DNA of 64,000 nucleotides from Flavobacteriales bacterium UBA720. GTDB lineage: Bacteria > Bacteroidota > Bacteroidia > Flavobacteriales > Weeksellaceae. This document shows positions 29,801 through 39,182 of this stretch, in pieces; the first letter of the stretch is position 1; each line of letters begins with the position of its first letter. Location of the stretch: NCBI GenBank assembly GCA_002297505.1, contig DBLQ01000110.1:6569-70568 (forward strand). The letters run 5' to 3'. Under the pieces are notes generated by a model. That model searched no databases and was not told the origin of the DNA. It was given only the letters and a program-made list of their open reading frames with translations. Position numbers and translations under genes: made by a program.

Positions 29801-29860
29801 TTGACTACTCAATATCCAACTACGCGAACTTTTGGATTCAAAATCAATGCAACTTTTTAA
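26831..29860 (+). CDS. SusC/RagA family TonB-dependent transporter
   Basis: ALTGKVSGLQI, ILRGSKSITGNNQAL, AALYGSQGVNGVIIVTTKRG; C-terminal Phe. Confidence 0.95.
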   Translation: MKKLTTSVLAVVLSSSFAVVSAQTGQDTVKTRNIEEVVITGALGLKKTADAITNAQQIVGTKELNQAAAPSAVQALTGKVSGLQITNTNSAVDGSYKIILRGSKSITGNNQALVVIDNVISDATVLASLSPEIIENVNVVKGLQGAALYGSQGVNGVIIVTTKRGSKSDKVQFSLTSAAEVTQGFKFPKVQTRYGKGVQDDSYSDVDYGGTNYVPWENTSWGPAYNYPGFGGTSVISGLPQPGGGFIYENYAPVNDHFSKFFTNGVNFQNGISMNVGGPDAYAYMSFNRLDNGFVVKGDQLRQNNFLFKGGKKLGNLRVDGQFNYIGRLVNKTDSGLYDDILQMPTTNDVRKYRNSGIGGYLTAYATNPYWTVDHVRYNTNRDYLNGILSLQYEFNKNINVTYTGNLSLAKTQQDNWNDGSTGTIAYSNTGVPFLDSHTLNSFGSPDVTAYYYNRIYNDRKYYGDLMLNFDYDLTDDLNFKLNVGNNIQDSYVTARTVGGTGLYIPGWYNYNNVSNPAQYGDSNTTAQADGGYMDNYTTRYRVIAGFANLDLAYKNFLFANGTFRYEKNSVYTSISRDPLTNDRVVDNKPYAYYSVGLSFIPTKAFDFGGNVLNYMKIAPSFTKVGNSSGINPYNVNATGIIPTGYPFGALPSYIMSTSITNPTIKPEFVNTLDLNVALGFLNDRITLEGSVYQSTTQDLISSITPSNTSGLSSYRDNIGKSRMKGFELDLGVTPIKTQNITWNLRAGYAMSRTKLLELSSGAERVPILTYTTPSVGLAAVVGENFYSIVGTTYQRDPNGNIIVNANGVPLVNSATKVLGSLNPDYTMNFSTSFKFKSFTLSAIADYRKGGKFVSFTKRLLAFTGGLEDTADQDRTQGYVVPNSVQLVNGNYVNNTTAAYGANYGGTVTYWTGSIYRNVGENLVVDATAFKVREISLAYDIPKSFLASTFLNGMSFSVYARNPIIIYSKDNRNFADPETASYNDNAAGIALTTQYPTTRTFGFKINATF

Positions 29861-29869
29861 ATAAAAAAA

Positions 29870-31516
29870 ATGAAAAACAAATTATATTTAATAGCTTTAG
29901 CTGGAGTCCTGATGGGAACTACAGCCTGTAATGATTACATGGACATTAATGAAAGTCCAGACAGAATCGCAGTTAGTAATTTAACACCAAATTTCGTGTT
30001 GCCGGGAGCTATTTCTAATAGCTACTACGTTCAGGCAAGAAGATTGAACTTGTTCGGTGGTTTAATGATGAATAGTGTTGCAGGAAATTCGTATTCCTAT
30101 GGTACACCATTCGTTGATGAATATTCTCCAAACATTACAAGTGCATTTTATGCTGACGTTTGGGACCAATTATTTCGACAGATTTCAAATTTTCAGTTTA
30201 TCATAGACTATAGTGATCCTACTGGTCAGTATTCTCAATACAAAGCGATTGCTAAAGTGATGAAGGCATATTATGTACAAACTCTGACTGATCTCTGGGG
30301 TGACATGCCATACTCTGAAGCATTTAAGAGAGAGTTGAATTTGACACCAAAGTATGATAAAGGTGAAGATATTTATAAGGCATCAATCGCAGATATCGAA
30401 AACGCTATTCAACTCATTGATGGTAAAAAAGGAGATGTTCCTGCAAGTGCCGATATCGTTTTTAAAGGATCAATGGCGAAATGGAAGAACTTCGCAAATA
30501 CCTTGAAGTTAAGATATTTATTAAGAATGTCTAATGTTACTGGCGACTTGGCTACTTATAGAAATCAGAAATTAGCTACTTTACAAGGAGCATCTTTTGT
30601 AGATGCAGATGTTACAGTAAACCCTGGTTACTCTCAGAGTTCTGACGCGCAACAAAACCCTTGGATGAATTACTATATTTATACAAGTGCTGGTGCTCAA
30701 CCTCAGAACTGGACACTGGTAGTTCCTTCTGAACATATTTCTATTGCACTAAATGGTAATAAAGAAAATGACAGCAGAGACGTTTATCAAAAATTTAAGA
30801 ATATTGTTGATGGACGAAGAGGTAGAATGTTTACACTTGTAGGAGGAAATGTTGAGGGAGTAAGACAGGGTGCCACTCCTGGTCAACCTGGTGCCGCATC
30901 TGGAAGAACAGTCTCCAGAACTGGTGATGGTTTAATTATTGGATCTCAAACTATCACAGCTACTGATGCTGCGGGAAGAAAAGCTGAGTTAATCCAAAAA
31001 GGATCTGCAAAAGCTGGCGTTTTGATGACAAAGGCTGAGGCAGAGTTCTTGCTTGCTGAAGCAGCATTGAGATATCCAAGTGTTGTTTCTAATGCTCAAG
31101 GTCATTTCGAAGCAGGTATTACAGCTTCATATAACTATTTAGGTGCTAATGTAGATGTTGTTATAGATCCCAATACTACACCTCCTACAACCAAGAAAGC
31201 AGCGGCTATTTATATAGATGCAATTAATTCTGTTCCAAAATTAGGATGGACTGGGTCAGATGATAATAAAATTGAGGCTATTATGACTCAAAAATGGATT
31301 GCTCTTACAGGAATTAATCCAGAACAATCTTATTTTGATTATACAAGAACAGGATACCCTGTGACGCCGCTTCCAACGATTTCTTTAAATCCGGTTAAGC
31401 CAAACAGATTACTTTATCCTAACTCGGAATATCAGTCTAATGCCAATAATGTACCTAACATGGCTGCGGCAGATGTTTTTGCTAAAAATAATTTCACCCC
31501 ATTCTGGGCTAGATAG
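29870..31516 (+). CDS. SusD-like lipoprotein
   Basis: Lipobox GTTAC; LTDLWGDMPYSEA, FANTLKLRYLLR, IMTQKWIAL, RTGYP. Confidence 0.93.
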   Translation: MKNKLYLIALAGVLMGTTACNDYMDINESPDRIAVSNLTPNFVLPGAISNSYYVQARRLNLFGGLMMNSVAGNSYSYGTPFVDEYSPNITSAFYADVWDQLFRQISNFQFIIDYSDPTGQYSQYKAIAKVMKAYYVQTLTDLWGDMPYSEAFKRELNLTPKYDKGEDIYKASIADIENAIQLIDGKKGDVPASADIVFKGSMAKWKNFANTLKLRYLLRMSNVTGDLATYRNQKLATLQGASFVDADVTVNPGYSQSSDAQQNPWMNYYIYTSAGAQPQNWTLVVPSEHISIALNGNKENDSRDVYQKFKNIVDGRRGRMFTLVGGNVEGVRQGATPGQPGAASGRTVSRTGDGLIIGSQTITATDAAGRKAELIQKGSAKAGVLMTKAEAEFLLAEAALRYPSVVSNAQGHFEAGITASYNYLGANVDVVIDPNTTPPTTKKAAAIYIDAINSVPKLGWTGSDDNKIEAIMTQKWIALTGINPEQSYFDYTRTGYPVTPLPTISLNPVKPNRLLYPNSEYQSNANNVPNMAAADVFAKNNFTPFWAR

Positions 31517-31536
31517 TTTTTTCTAAAATGCTATAA

Positions 31537-31564
31537 GGACCGGCTCTTAAGAGTCGGTCTTTTT
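31537..31564 (+). terminator. Intrinsic terminator
   Basis: GACCGGCTC/GAGTCGGTC stem followed by a T-run. Confidence 0.75.
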
Positions 31565-31657
31565 TATTTATTATTTTTAATTATAATAACTTTGTATATT
31601 TGAAACACTTGTTTACTATTTCCAATCACTAATGACCATCATAGAAAGAAATTTGCC

Positions 31658-34153
31658 ATGAAAAAATTACTATTTATAAACATCTTGTTTTTTTTTCATT
31701 CATTCATATATGCACAATTAGACCTTGAACATTGGTTTCCGCCTGTTCTAAGTTCGGGTGCTAATATTGATACTGCAATTTTATCAATCTCAACGGATAA
31801 AACTGACCCTTTTAAAGTTTACATATACAATGGTAATCAAATAATTGATTCCATAATAATTGACAAATCGAAACCAATAGAATATGATTTGGTTAATGCT
31901 AATATAATACAAGCTGTATATACCACTTTTATTGGTGACGCAATGAAACCTATGGATAGAGGACTGCATCTTGTTGGTGAAAAGAGTTTTTATGCCAACT
32001 TAAAATATAAAGGTAGAAATACAGAAATAATCTCTTCCAAGGGTAAAAGTGCTTTAGGAAAATCTTTTTTTGTAGTCAATGATCAAAATCTACTGAATGG
32101 CAGTTTTAATCCTAACCCGTTTAACTACCAAGCTAGTATAATGGCATATTTTGATAATACGAAAGTGACAATTAAGGGATACAAAAGTGGTTTGAATTTT
32201 ACTGATGGATCTGCTCTGAATGAAGTTACATTTACCCTTAATAAAAATCAAAGTTATATTGTAGCAGCCTTAAAAAAAGATAACACTACAGGAGCTCTCA
32301 ATGATTATTTTGATGCAACTTTGATTGGGGCCACTATTACTTCCGATAAACCTATCGTTGTTAACAATGGCAATCTCTTGAGTCAAGACGCAGCAGTGGA
32401 AGGGGGTAGCGTTAACATTGATCAAAGTATGCCTGTCGAAAGACTTGGTAAAGAGTTTTTAATAGTCAATGGAATGTCGGAGGGAAGCTTTTTCATGGAA
32501 AAATCTATTATAGTAGCTACGGAAGATAACACTGCCGTATATTTTAATAATGAAGCTAATCCTCTATTTGTACTAAATAAAGGAGAGCACTATATTGGAC
32601 CATATCAAGGTGATAAAAAATTTGTAATCGGCTCGGAGCCGGCATTTACCAATGAGGAAGGTAGATTGGTAAGCACCTCGGCAATGTTTATCAGATCTTC
32701 AAAACCTATCTATTGTTATCAGCTGATGGCCACATTTCATGATAAACCTCTGGATCCAAGAAACTATGAATATAAAGTAGGAAAGACAAGTGCGATGCTT
32801 TTTTCATACCCACTTGATGTTCCTTATGATATTAAAAATATCATTATACCCTCGGTAGATGACATAGGTGGATTTGAAATGAGAAGCAAAATATCCATTA
32901 AATCAGAACGAAATTCAAATATTAAAATCAATGGTGTCCCTATCGGTGCAGGAACCATCATTCTAGGTAAACCAGATTGGAATTACCATACTATTCAAAA
33001 TCTTAAGGGAGACATTTTAATAGAGTCTGATAAAAGTCTGAATGTAGATTTTGTTGGTGGCACTACAAAAACATATTCTTCCTCTTACTCCGGATATGCC
33101 GCAAGTGTGGTAAGCTATAGTAATGACCCTGTCATTACGATGAATGGTACATGTATAGAGGAAGGGATATTGCTTAAACTTAACAATACTAGTTTTGATG
33201 TTATACAATGGCAAAAGGATGGAGTTAATATTCCTGGTGCAAATGCGGCTACACTTGTTCCTACGGTTCCAGGTATATATTCATGCACTGTCACTTACTC
33301 TGGAATTGATTTTACGACGAATAGTTTTACGATTGTAAACTGTCCTTACACCGTTGTAGATAAAGATTTCGGACAAATTTGTGATGATTTATCTATAATC
33401 GTAAAATTTTCTCCACCAAATGAGAATCAATCAATTTCAAAATTGGAAATATTGGCTCAGCCATATAATGGTAAAGTTTCTGTAGATGATTTAAATTTAA
33501 AATATACTCCAGACTCAAATTTCACTGGTGAAGATAGATTTGTTTACAGAATTTGTACATCAACTATGGGACTTTGTGAAACCATAAAGGCGAATGTTTT
33601 TGTTAATGAAAGACCTGTTGCAGAACTAAAACCTGAATTATATCCCGTGTCGGAAAATGCTGGAAAAGGAATATACAATCTTATTGAAGCAATCATCAAC
33701 CAAGGTACCAATGAATATGTATTTTATAAAGATTCTGATTTGACTCAAATCATTGATAAACCTGAGGAATATCAAACAGAATTGCTTACTGCCTACGTTA
33801 AAATCACATCATCAACAGGTTGTTTTATTAAAAAAGAAATAAAACTTCTGACGTTGCAGGAAAATATCAATCTTCCAAACTTTTTTTCGCCCAATGATGA
33901 CGGTATCAATGACTTTTGGGATTATAGTGAACTAAAAGATTACTCTGACTTAAAAATATCAATATACAATAAAGTAGGTGTAAAGGTGTTTGAGCATAAT
34001 TCTTCAATTCAAAATTTCAGATGGGATGGAAAGGATTCTAAAGGTAAACAGCTTCCAAGTAGTACCTATTGGAGTTTGTTAAATTGGAGTAATGCAAGAA
34101 CTGGAGTTCCTGTTTCAAAGCAAATGTGGATATTACTAAAGTCTAGAAATTAA
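31658..34153 (+). CDS. T9SS type B (gliding-motility CTD) secreted protein with an IgGFc-binding-like N-terminus
   Basis: AQLDLEHWFPP N-terminus; C-terminal PNFFSPNDDGINDFW..IYNKVG..WDGK..LPSSTYW. Confidence 0.85.
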   Translation: MKKLLFINILFFFHSFIYAQLDLEHWFPPVLSSGANIDTAILSISTDKTDPFKVYIYNGNQIIDSIIIDKSKPIEYDLVNANIIQAVYTTFIGDAMKPMDRGLHLVGEKSFYANLKYKGRNTEIISSKGKSALGKSFFVVNDQNLLNGSFNPNPFNYQASIMAYFDNTKVTIKGYKSGLNFTDGSALNEVTFTLNKNQSYIVAALKKDNTTGALNDYFDATLIGATITSDKPIVVNNGNLLSQDAAVEGGSVNIDQSMPVERLGKEFLIVNGMSEGSFFMEKSIIVATEDNTAVYFNNEANPLFVLNKGEHYIGPYQGDKKFVIGSEPAFTNEEGRLVSTSAMFIRSSKPIYCYQLMATFHDKPLDPRNYEYKVGKTSAMLFSYPLDVPYDIKNIIIPSVDDIGGFEMRSKISIKSERNSNIKINGVPIGAGTIILGKPDWNYHTIQNLKGDILIESDKSLNVDFVGGTTKTYSSSYSGYAASVVSYSNDPVITMNGTCIEEGILLKLNNTSFDVIQWQKDGVNIPGANAATLVPTVPGIYSCTVTYSGIDFTTNSFTIVNCPYTVVDKDFGQICDDLSIIVKFSPPNENQSISKLEILAQPYNGKVSVDDLNLKYTPDSNFTGEDRFVYRICTSTMGLCETIKANVFVNERPVAELKPELYPVSENAGKGIYNLIEAIINQGTNEYVFYKDSDLTQIIDKPEEYQTELLTAYVKITSSTGCFIKKEIKLLTLQENINLPNFFSPNDDGINDFWDYSELKDYSDLKISIYNKVGVKVFEHNSSIQNFRWDGKDSKGKQLPSSTYWSLLNWSNARTGVPVSKQMWILLKSRN

Positions 34154-34157
34154 AATA

Positions 34158-34189
34158 AAAAGTGTGACTCATTTGAATCACACTTTTTT
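34158..34189. terminator. Bidirectional terminator between convergent genes
   Basis: AAAAGTGTGA/TCACACTTTT stem with A- and T-runs on the two sides. Confidence 0.75.
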
Positions 34190-34199
34190 ACTTTATATT

Positions 34200-35564
34200 T
34201 TACCTCCCAAACAATCCGCCACCCATTCCCGGGATATTCGGCATCTTGCTCATCATCTGCATCATTTGCTTACCTTGAGGGCCTTGCATCATTTTCATCA
34301 TTTTGCCCATTTGGTCAAATTGCTTCATTAATGCATTCACGTCTTCCAGCTTTCTTCCTGCACCTTTAGCAATTCTTTGTTTTCTGGAAACGTTGATGAT
34401 TGAAGGTCTTCTTCTCTCGTCCGGAGTCATAGAGTGGATAATCGCCTCAATATGTTTAAAAGCATCATCATTAATATCCACATCTTTAATGGCTTTTCCA
34501 ACGCCCGGAATCATCCCCATCAGGTCCTTCATATTACCCATTTTCTTGATTTGGTTGATTTGCTTCAGGAAGTCATCGAAACCAAATTCATTCTTAGCAA
34601 TTTTCTTGTGAAGTTTCTTAGCTTCCTCTTCGTCAAATTGTTCCTGAGCTCTTTCTACCAGGGAAACAACGTCTCCCATCCCAAGAATCCTGTCCGCCAT
34701 CCTTTCCGGGTAGAAAAGGTCCAGTGCTTCCATTTTTTCTCCGGTTGAGATGAATTTGATTGGCTTTTCAACCACAGAACGGATTGTCAACGCAGCTCCA
34801 CCACGTGTATCACCGTCCAATTTGGTTAGAACAACACCATCGAAATTCAAAGTATCATTGAAGGCTTTCGCCGTATTCACAGCATCCTGTCCAGTCATAG
34901 AATCGACTACGAAAAGCGTCTCCGTCGGTTTAATCGTCTGATGAACCGACCTGATTTCGTTCATCATCTGCTCATCAATCGCCAAACGCCCGGCTGTATC
35001 CACGATAATCGTATCGAATCCGTTTGATTTGGCATAATTGATCGCATTCTCCGCAATCGCAACAGGATTTTTATTGTCGAGTTCTGTATAAACTTCAATA
35101 TTGATTTGACTTCCCAGAACCTTCAGCTGATCGATCGCCGCTGGTCTGTAAACGTCACAAGCCACCAAAAGTGGTTTTTTGCTTCTTTTCTGTTTTAGAT
35201 AGTTCGCCAATTTTCCGGAAAAAGTGGTTTTACCGGAACCTTGAAGACCGGCAATCAAAATCACCGTGGGCTTTCCGGAAAGGTTGATGCCTTCCTGGGA
35301 ACCACCCATCAGATCCACCAATTCGTCGTGAACAATTTTCGTCATCAATTGTCCCGGCGTCAGCGATGTCAAAACGTTTTCACCAATCGCTTTATCCTGA
35401 ACTCTTTTCGTGAGGTCTTTGGCCACTTTATAGTTCACATCGGCATCCACCAATGCTCTTCGGATTTCCTTTACCGTTTCTGCAACGTTGATTTCCGTGA
35501 TTTTCCCACGGCCCGAAATATTATGAAGCGCTTTATCTAGCTTGTCTTGTAAACTGTTAAACAT
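34200..35564 (-). CDS. ffh: Signal recognition particle protein
   Basis: GLQGSGKTT, DTAGRL, TKLDGDTRGGAAL and a Met-rich M domain. Confidence 0.98.
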   Translation of the reverse strand: MFNSLQDKLDKALHNISGRGKITEINVAETVKEIRRALVDADVNYKVAKDLTKRVQDKAIGENVLTSLTPGQLMTKIVHDELVDLMGGSQEGINLSGKPTVILIAGLQGSGKTTFSGKLANYLKQKRSKKPLLVACDVYRPAAIDQLKVLGSQINIEVYTELDNKNPVAIAENAINYAKSNGFDTIIVDTAGRLAIDEQMMNEIRSVHQTIKPTETLFVVDSMTGQDAVNTAKAFNDTLNFDGVVLTKLDGDTRGGAALTIRSVVEKPIKFISTGEKMEALDLFYPERMADRILGMGDVVSLVERAQEQFDEEEAKKLHKKIAKNEFGFDDFLKQINQIKKMGNMKDLMGMIPGVGKAIKDVDINDDAFKHIEAIIHSMTPDERRRPSIINVSRKQRIAKGAGRKLEDVNALMKQFDQMGKMMKMMQGPQGKQMMQMMSKMPNIPGMGGGLFGR

Positions 35565-35666
35565 AACTTTAATAAGATATTTAAGGTTGCAAAAATAAGA
35601 AAATTTAAACGAAAGTTACAGACTCAGTTGTCACTATTCAAACATCATTTATCATTTATTTTATTT

Positions 35667-35750
35667 GGGCAGCTTAATCCGCCTTCCGCTATTATCTTTT
35701 TGCTCGGCATAGCCTCTCGCAAAAAGGATAACCGCTCAAGTCGGGCTGCA
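35667..35750. repeat. Structured interspersed repeat (Flavo-1-like), copy 1
   Basis: GGGCAGCTT.ATCCGCCTTCCGCT...ATCTTTTT...AAAAAGGAT..CCGCTCAAGTCGGGCTGCA; the same ends recur at 41791-41896. Confidence 0.75.
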
Positions 35751-35786
35751 GATTCAACATAAAACAATATTTGACATCAATACAAT

Positions 35787-35870
35787 TTTGTCTTTCCGTA
35801 GGAAACCTAACGGAGTGGTTCGACGGAGTCAATCTCTACAGCTAAGTTTAGATTCTTTCAGAATGACAAA
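35787..35870. repeat. Degenerate REP-like inverted repeat
   Basis: TTTGTCTTTCCGTAGGAAACCTAA ... TTAGATTCTTTCAGAATGACAAA imperfect inverted pair. Confidence 0.55.
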
Positions 35871-36004
35871 GTGTAAGAATATCCTTGCTGAGCGAAGCGC
35901 CCTTGCGAACCTTGAAATATTTTCAATAATATCAAAAAAATCATTGCGCTCTTTGCGTTAAAAACTCCCAAGCAGATTTTCCTTACTTTTGCAAAAATTA
36001 AAAA

Positions 36005-36259
36005 TTGGAAGACCAAAAAAATAACGCCTCTAATTCCTTACGTAAGTATGGAAAATACTCATCCGTTGTTTTTCAGATGCTATTCATCATTGGAATTGCA
36101 TTTTGGGGCGGTCATCAGCTGGATTTGTATTTCCACACCGGTTCCAATGTTCTGGTGCTCGTGATTGGACTCAGCGGACTTTGTCTTTCACTTTACACCA
36201 CCTTGAAGAGACTCGAAATTTTAAATAAAGAAGAACAGGACAATGCCAAACAAAAGTAA
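36005..36259 (+). CDS. AtpZ/AtpI family membrane protein
   Basis: Two TM segments (FQMLFIIGIAFWGGHQLD); first gene of the atp operon; TTG start. Confidence 0.8.
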   Translation: MEDQKNNASNSLRKYGKYSSVVFQMLFIIGIAFWGGHQLDLYFHTGSNVLVLVIGLSGLCLSLYTTLKRLEILNKEEQDNAKQK

Positions 36260-36614
36260 CCTCATTATCAGTGTGATATTTTTTCTCACATTTATTATCC
36301 ATTTCGCAATCTGGAAATTTGTTTTTCATCTGGATGAAGTTACTATCATCAAGTTTTATCTGTTCCTCGCCATTATTTTTATGATGATGATTACACTCAT
36401 TGTGCTCATCAACAAAATTGTTCCGCAGTTTCTCGGATTGGCCGTGATAGGGCTGATTCTGGTGAAATTTGGGATGATGTATCTGATTAAAAACAAACTC
36501 CATTTCGAGGAAATTCCGGATTACAAATTTCATTTCATTATTCCGTATTTTGTTCTTACAGCGTTGCTTACCTACTACGCAATTGGCTTAATTAATTATG
36601 ACAAAAAACAGTAA
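36243..36614 (+). CDS. Four-TM membrane protein of the atp operon (AtpI-like)
   Basis: Hydrophobic 123-aa protein directly upstream of atpB. Confidence 0.7.
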   Translation: MPNKSNLIISVIFFLTFIIHFAIWKFVFHLDEVTIIKFYLFLAIIFMMMITLIVLINKIVPQFLGLAVIGLILVKFGMMYLIKNKLHFEEIPDYKFHFIIPYFVLTALLTYYAIGLINYDKKQ

Positions 36615-36674
36615 AAATATTCTTCGAAAGAGAAAAAATAGTCTATTTTTGCAAAACGAAAAAAAAATCTACCG

Positions 36675-37799
36675 ATGCTAAAGAAAACGGCAATTTTATT
36701 TTACAGTTTATTGATGTTTGCAAGCGCTTTTGCTCAGCACGAAAATGTTGAAAATCAACACGGTAAAGCTGTAACTGAAACTCCTGAACTTTCTGAAAAA
36801 GACCGCGCGACCAAAGAAGTTAAAGAATTTGTAGACCATCACATTTTGGATGCTCACGACGTGGCGATTATGGTAGATAAGGAAGGTCATCACATCGGTT
36901 TTCCATTGCCGGTGATTATCTATGACGAAGGTTTCCATACCTTTATGAGTAACACCAAAGGTGCAGACGGACATGAATTCATCCACGGTTCTCCGGTAGA
37001 AAGTAATGGGAAATTCTACACGCTTCACCACGAAAAAATCTACAGAACAGATTCTAAAGGAACCATAACTCTGGATAAAGATCATCACCCGACAGAAAAA
37101 AGAGTCTTGGATTTGTCCATTACCAAAAGTGTTTTAGTGATTATCCTGGTTGCTATTTTAATGATTGTATTGTTTGGAGGGATGGCGAGGTCTTATAAAA
37201 AGTCTTTGATTCCTTCCGGCGCAGCTAAATTCCTGGAGCCAATCATTATCTTCGTAAGAGATGATATTGCGATTCCAAACATCGGACACAAGTATAAGAG
37301 ATTTATGGGTTATTTATTAACGGTATTCTTCTTCATCTTGTTTCTGAACGTTCTAGGTCTGATGCCTTTCGGGATTAATGTTACCGGTAATATTGCCATT
37401 ACATTCTTCTTGGCAATTATGACTTATCTCATCACCACGTTCTCTGGTTCCAAGGATTACTGGAAACACATCTTCTGGATGCCGGGAGTTCCTGTACCGA
37501 TGAAGTTTATTATGTTGCCCATCGAATTGTTGGGAACATTGACCAAGCCATTTGCTTTGATGATTCGTCTTTTTGCGAATATGACAGCGGGTCACATCGT
37601 GGTAATGACCTTGATTGGTTCAATATACATTTTCAAGAACTGGATTGCAGGTGTTGCATTTCCGTTCCTGACATTGGTTATCTACTTATTAGAAGTATTG
37701 GTAGCATTTCTTCAGGCTTATATCTTTACAATGCTTTCTGCTTTGTTCATCGGTATGGCAGTGGAAGAGCACGAGCACGATCATAATCACGCTCATTAA
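36675..37799 (+). CDS. atpB: ATP synthase F0 subunit a
   Basis: IRLFANMTAGH, LEVLVAFLQAYIFTML, with a long N-terminal extension. Confidence 0.97.
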   Translation: MLKKTAILFYSLLMFASAFAQHENVENQHGKAVTETPELSEKDRATKEVKEFVDHHILDAHDVAIMVDKEGHHIGFPLPVIIYDEGFHTFMSNTKGADGHEFIHGSPVESNGKFYTLHHEKIYRTDSKGTITLDKDHHPTEKRVLDLSITKSVLVIILVAILMIVLFGGMARSYKKSLIPSGAAKFLEPIIIFVRDDIAIPNIGHKYKRFMGYLLTVFFFILFLNVLGLMPFGINVTGNIAITFFLAIMTYLITTFSGSKDYWKHIFWMPGVPVPMKFIMLPIELLGTLTKPFALMIRLFANMTAGHIVVMTLIGSIYIFKNWIAGVAFPFLTLVIYLLEVLVAFLQAYIFTMLSALFIGMAVEEHEHDHNHAH

Positions 37800-37838
37800 T
37801 TAAATTAGAAAAAAAACAATTTTTAAATTATATACATT

Positions 37839-38030
37839 ATGGAAATTCCTAGAATTATTGGTGCAGGTCTTATTGTACTAGGTGTAGGTATCGGTCTTGG
37901 AAAAATTGGTGCGGCGGCTCTAGAAGCTATCGCTAGACAACCAGAGCAATCTGGAAAAATCCAAACTGCTATGCTTATTGCTGCTGCACTAGTAGAAGGT
38001 GTTGCTTTTGCTGCGTTATTCGCATCATAA
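37839..38030 (+). CDS. atpE: ATP synthase F0 subunit c
   Basis: ARQPE loop and ALVEGVA. Confidence 0.97.
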   Translation: MEIPRIIGAGLIVLGVGIGLGKIGAAALEAIARQPEQSGKIQTAMLIAAALVEGVAFAALFAS

Positions 38031-38045
38031 GCCAAACAAACTCTT

Positions 38046-38080
38046 AAACATTGTTGCAGCGGTTGGCTGCAGCAATGTTT
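38046..38080 (+). promoter_or_regulatory. Intercistronic hairpin after atpE
   Basis: AAACATTGTTGCAGC-ggttg-GCTGCAGCAATGTTT, a 15-bp stem with one G-U pair. Confidence 0.6.
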
Positions 38081-38125
38081 GAATTTAAAAATTTAAAAAT
38101 TTAAAAAAATTAATCTAACAATATA

Positions 38126-38623
38126 ATGGAATTACTTCATCAGTTTTCATCAGGATTATTTATCATTCAGTCCATCATCTTCCTGGTATTGCTTTTCATC
38201 TTAGGAAAGTTTGCGTGGAAACCAATTCTTAAATCTATCGACGAGAGAGAAACATCAATCATCGATGCGCTGAATCAGGCAAAATTGGCAAAGCAGGAGA
38301 TGGCTCAGCTGAAAGAAGACAACGAAAGAATCCTGCGCGAAGCAAGAGCCGAGAGAGACGGTATCTTGAAAGAAGCGAGAGAAATGAAGGATAAAATTGT
38401 AAACGAAGCTAAAGACAGCGCCAAAGTAGAAGGCGAGAAAATGATTGAAGCTGCCAGACAGTCTATCCAGACGGAAAAGAATGCGGCAATGGCTGATATC
38501 AAAAATCAAATCGGAACTTTGTCTGTGAACATCGCGGAAAATATCTTGAGAGAGAAATTGGATAACGAAGGTGCTCACAATGCTTTGGTAGAAAATATTC
38601 TTAACAAATCTAACCTTAACTAA
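38126..38623 (+). CDS. atpF: ATP synthase F0 subunit b
   Basis: N-terminal TM segment, KFAWKPIL, then coiled coil. Confidence 0.96.
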   Translation: MELLHQFSSGLFIIQSIIFLVLLFILGKFAWKPILKSIDERETSIIDALNQAKLAKQEMAQLKEDNERILREARAERDGILKEAREMKDKIVNEAKDSAKVEGEKMIEAARQSIQTEKNAAMADIKNQIGTLSVNIAENILREKLDNEGAHNALVENILNKSNLN

Positions 38624-38628
38624 TCAGG

Positions 38629-39165
38629 ATGCTGACATCTAAAGTAGCTAAAAGATACGCACAGGGTTTACTGGATTTCACACAGGAATCCGGTAACACG
38701 GAAGCGGTTTTCGGTGAGATGAAGGACGTGGTGAAAATTATGTCTGAATCTAAGGAATTAAATCAATTTCTTAATACACCTTTTATTGATGCCAGAAAAA
38801 AAGAGGCGGTTGCACTGGAGATTTTTAAAAGTTTTTCGACGGTAGCACAAAACATCATCCGATTGGTTATCAAACAAGGCAGAGAATCTCAGCTTAAGAA
38901 TATCGCCCAGGAATTCATCAATAAAGTGGAAGATATCAAAGGAACTCAGAGAATAACTTTGGTTACAGCTACAAAATTGTCAGAGCAAAATATTCAGAAA
39001 ATCATTGCGGATTCCAAAATGGTGAATGTTTCCAACTATGATTTGGAAACGATAATTAAACCGGAAATTCTCGGAGGTTATATCCTGAGAGTGGGCGACC
39101 AGCAAATCGATGCTTCAGTGAAGTCAAAACTGAATCATATCAAAAAAGAATTTCAACTTAACTAA
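38629..39165 (+). CDS. atpH: ATP synthase F1 subunit delta
   Basis: VAKRYAQGL and [18 protein letters not shown]. Confidence 0.96.
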   Translation: MLTSKVAKRYAQGLLDFTQESGNTEAVFGEMKDVVKIMSESKELNQFLNTPFIDARKKEAVALEIFKSFSTVAQNIIRLVIKQGRESQLKNIAQEFINKVEDIKGTQRITLVTATKLSEQNIQKIIADSKMVNVSNYDLETIIKPEILGGYILRVGDQQIDASVKSKLNHIKKEFQLN

Positions 39166-39182
39166 GAAAAAACAACCATATA

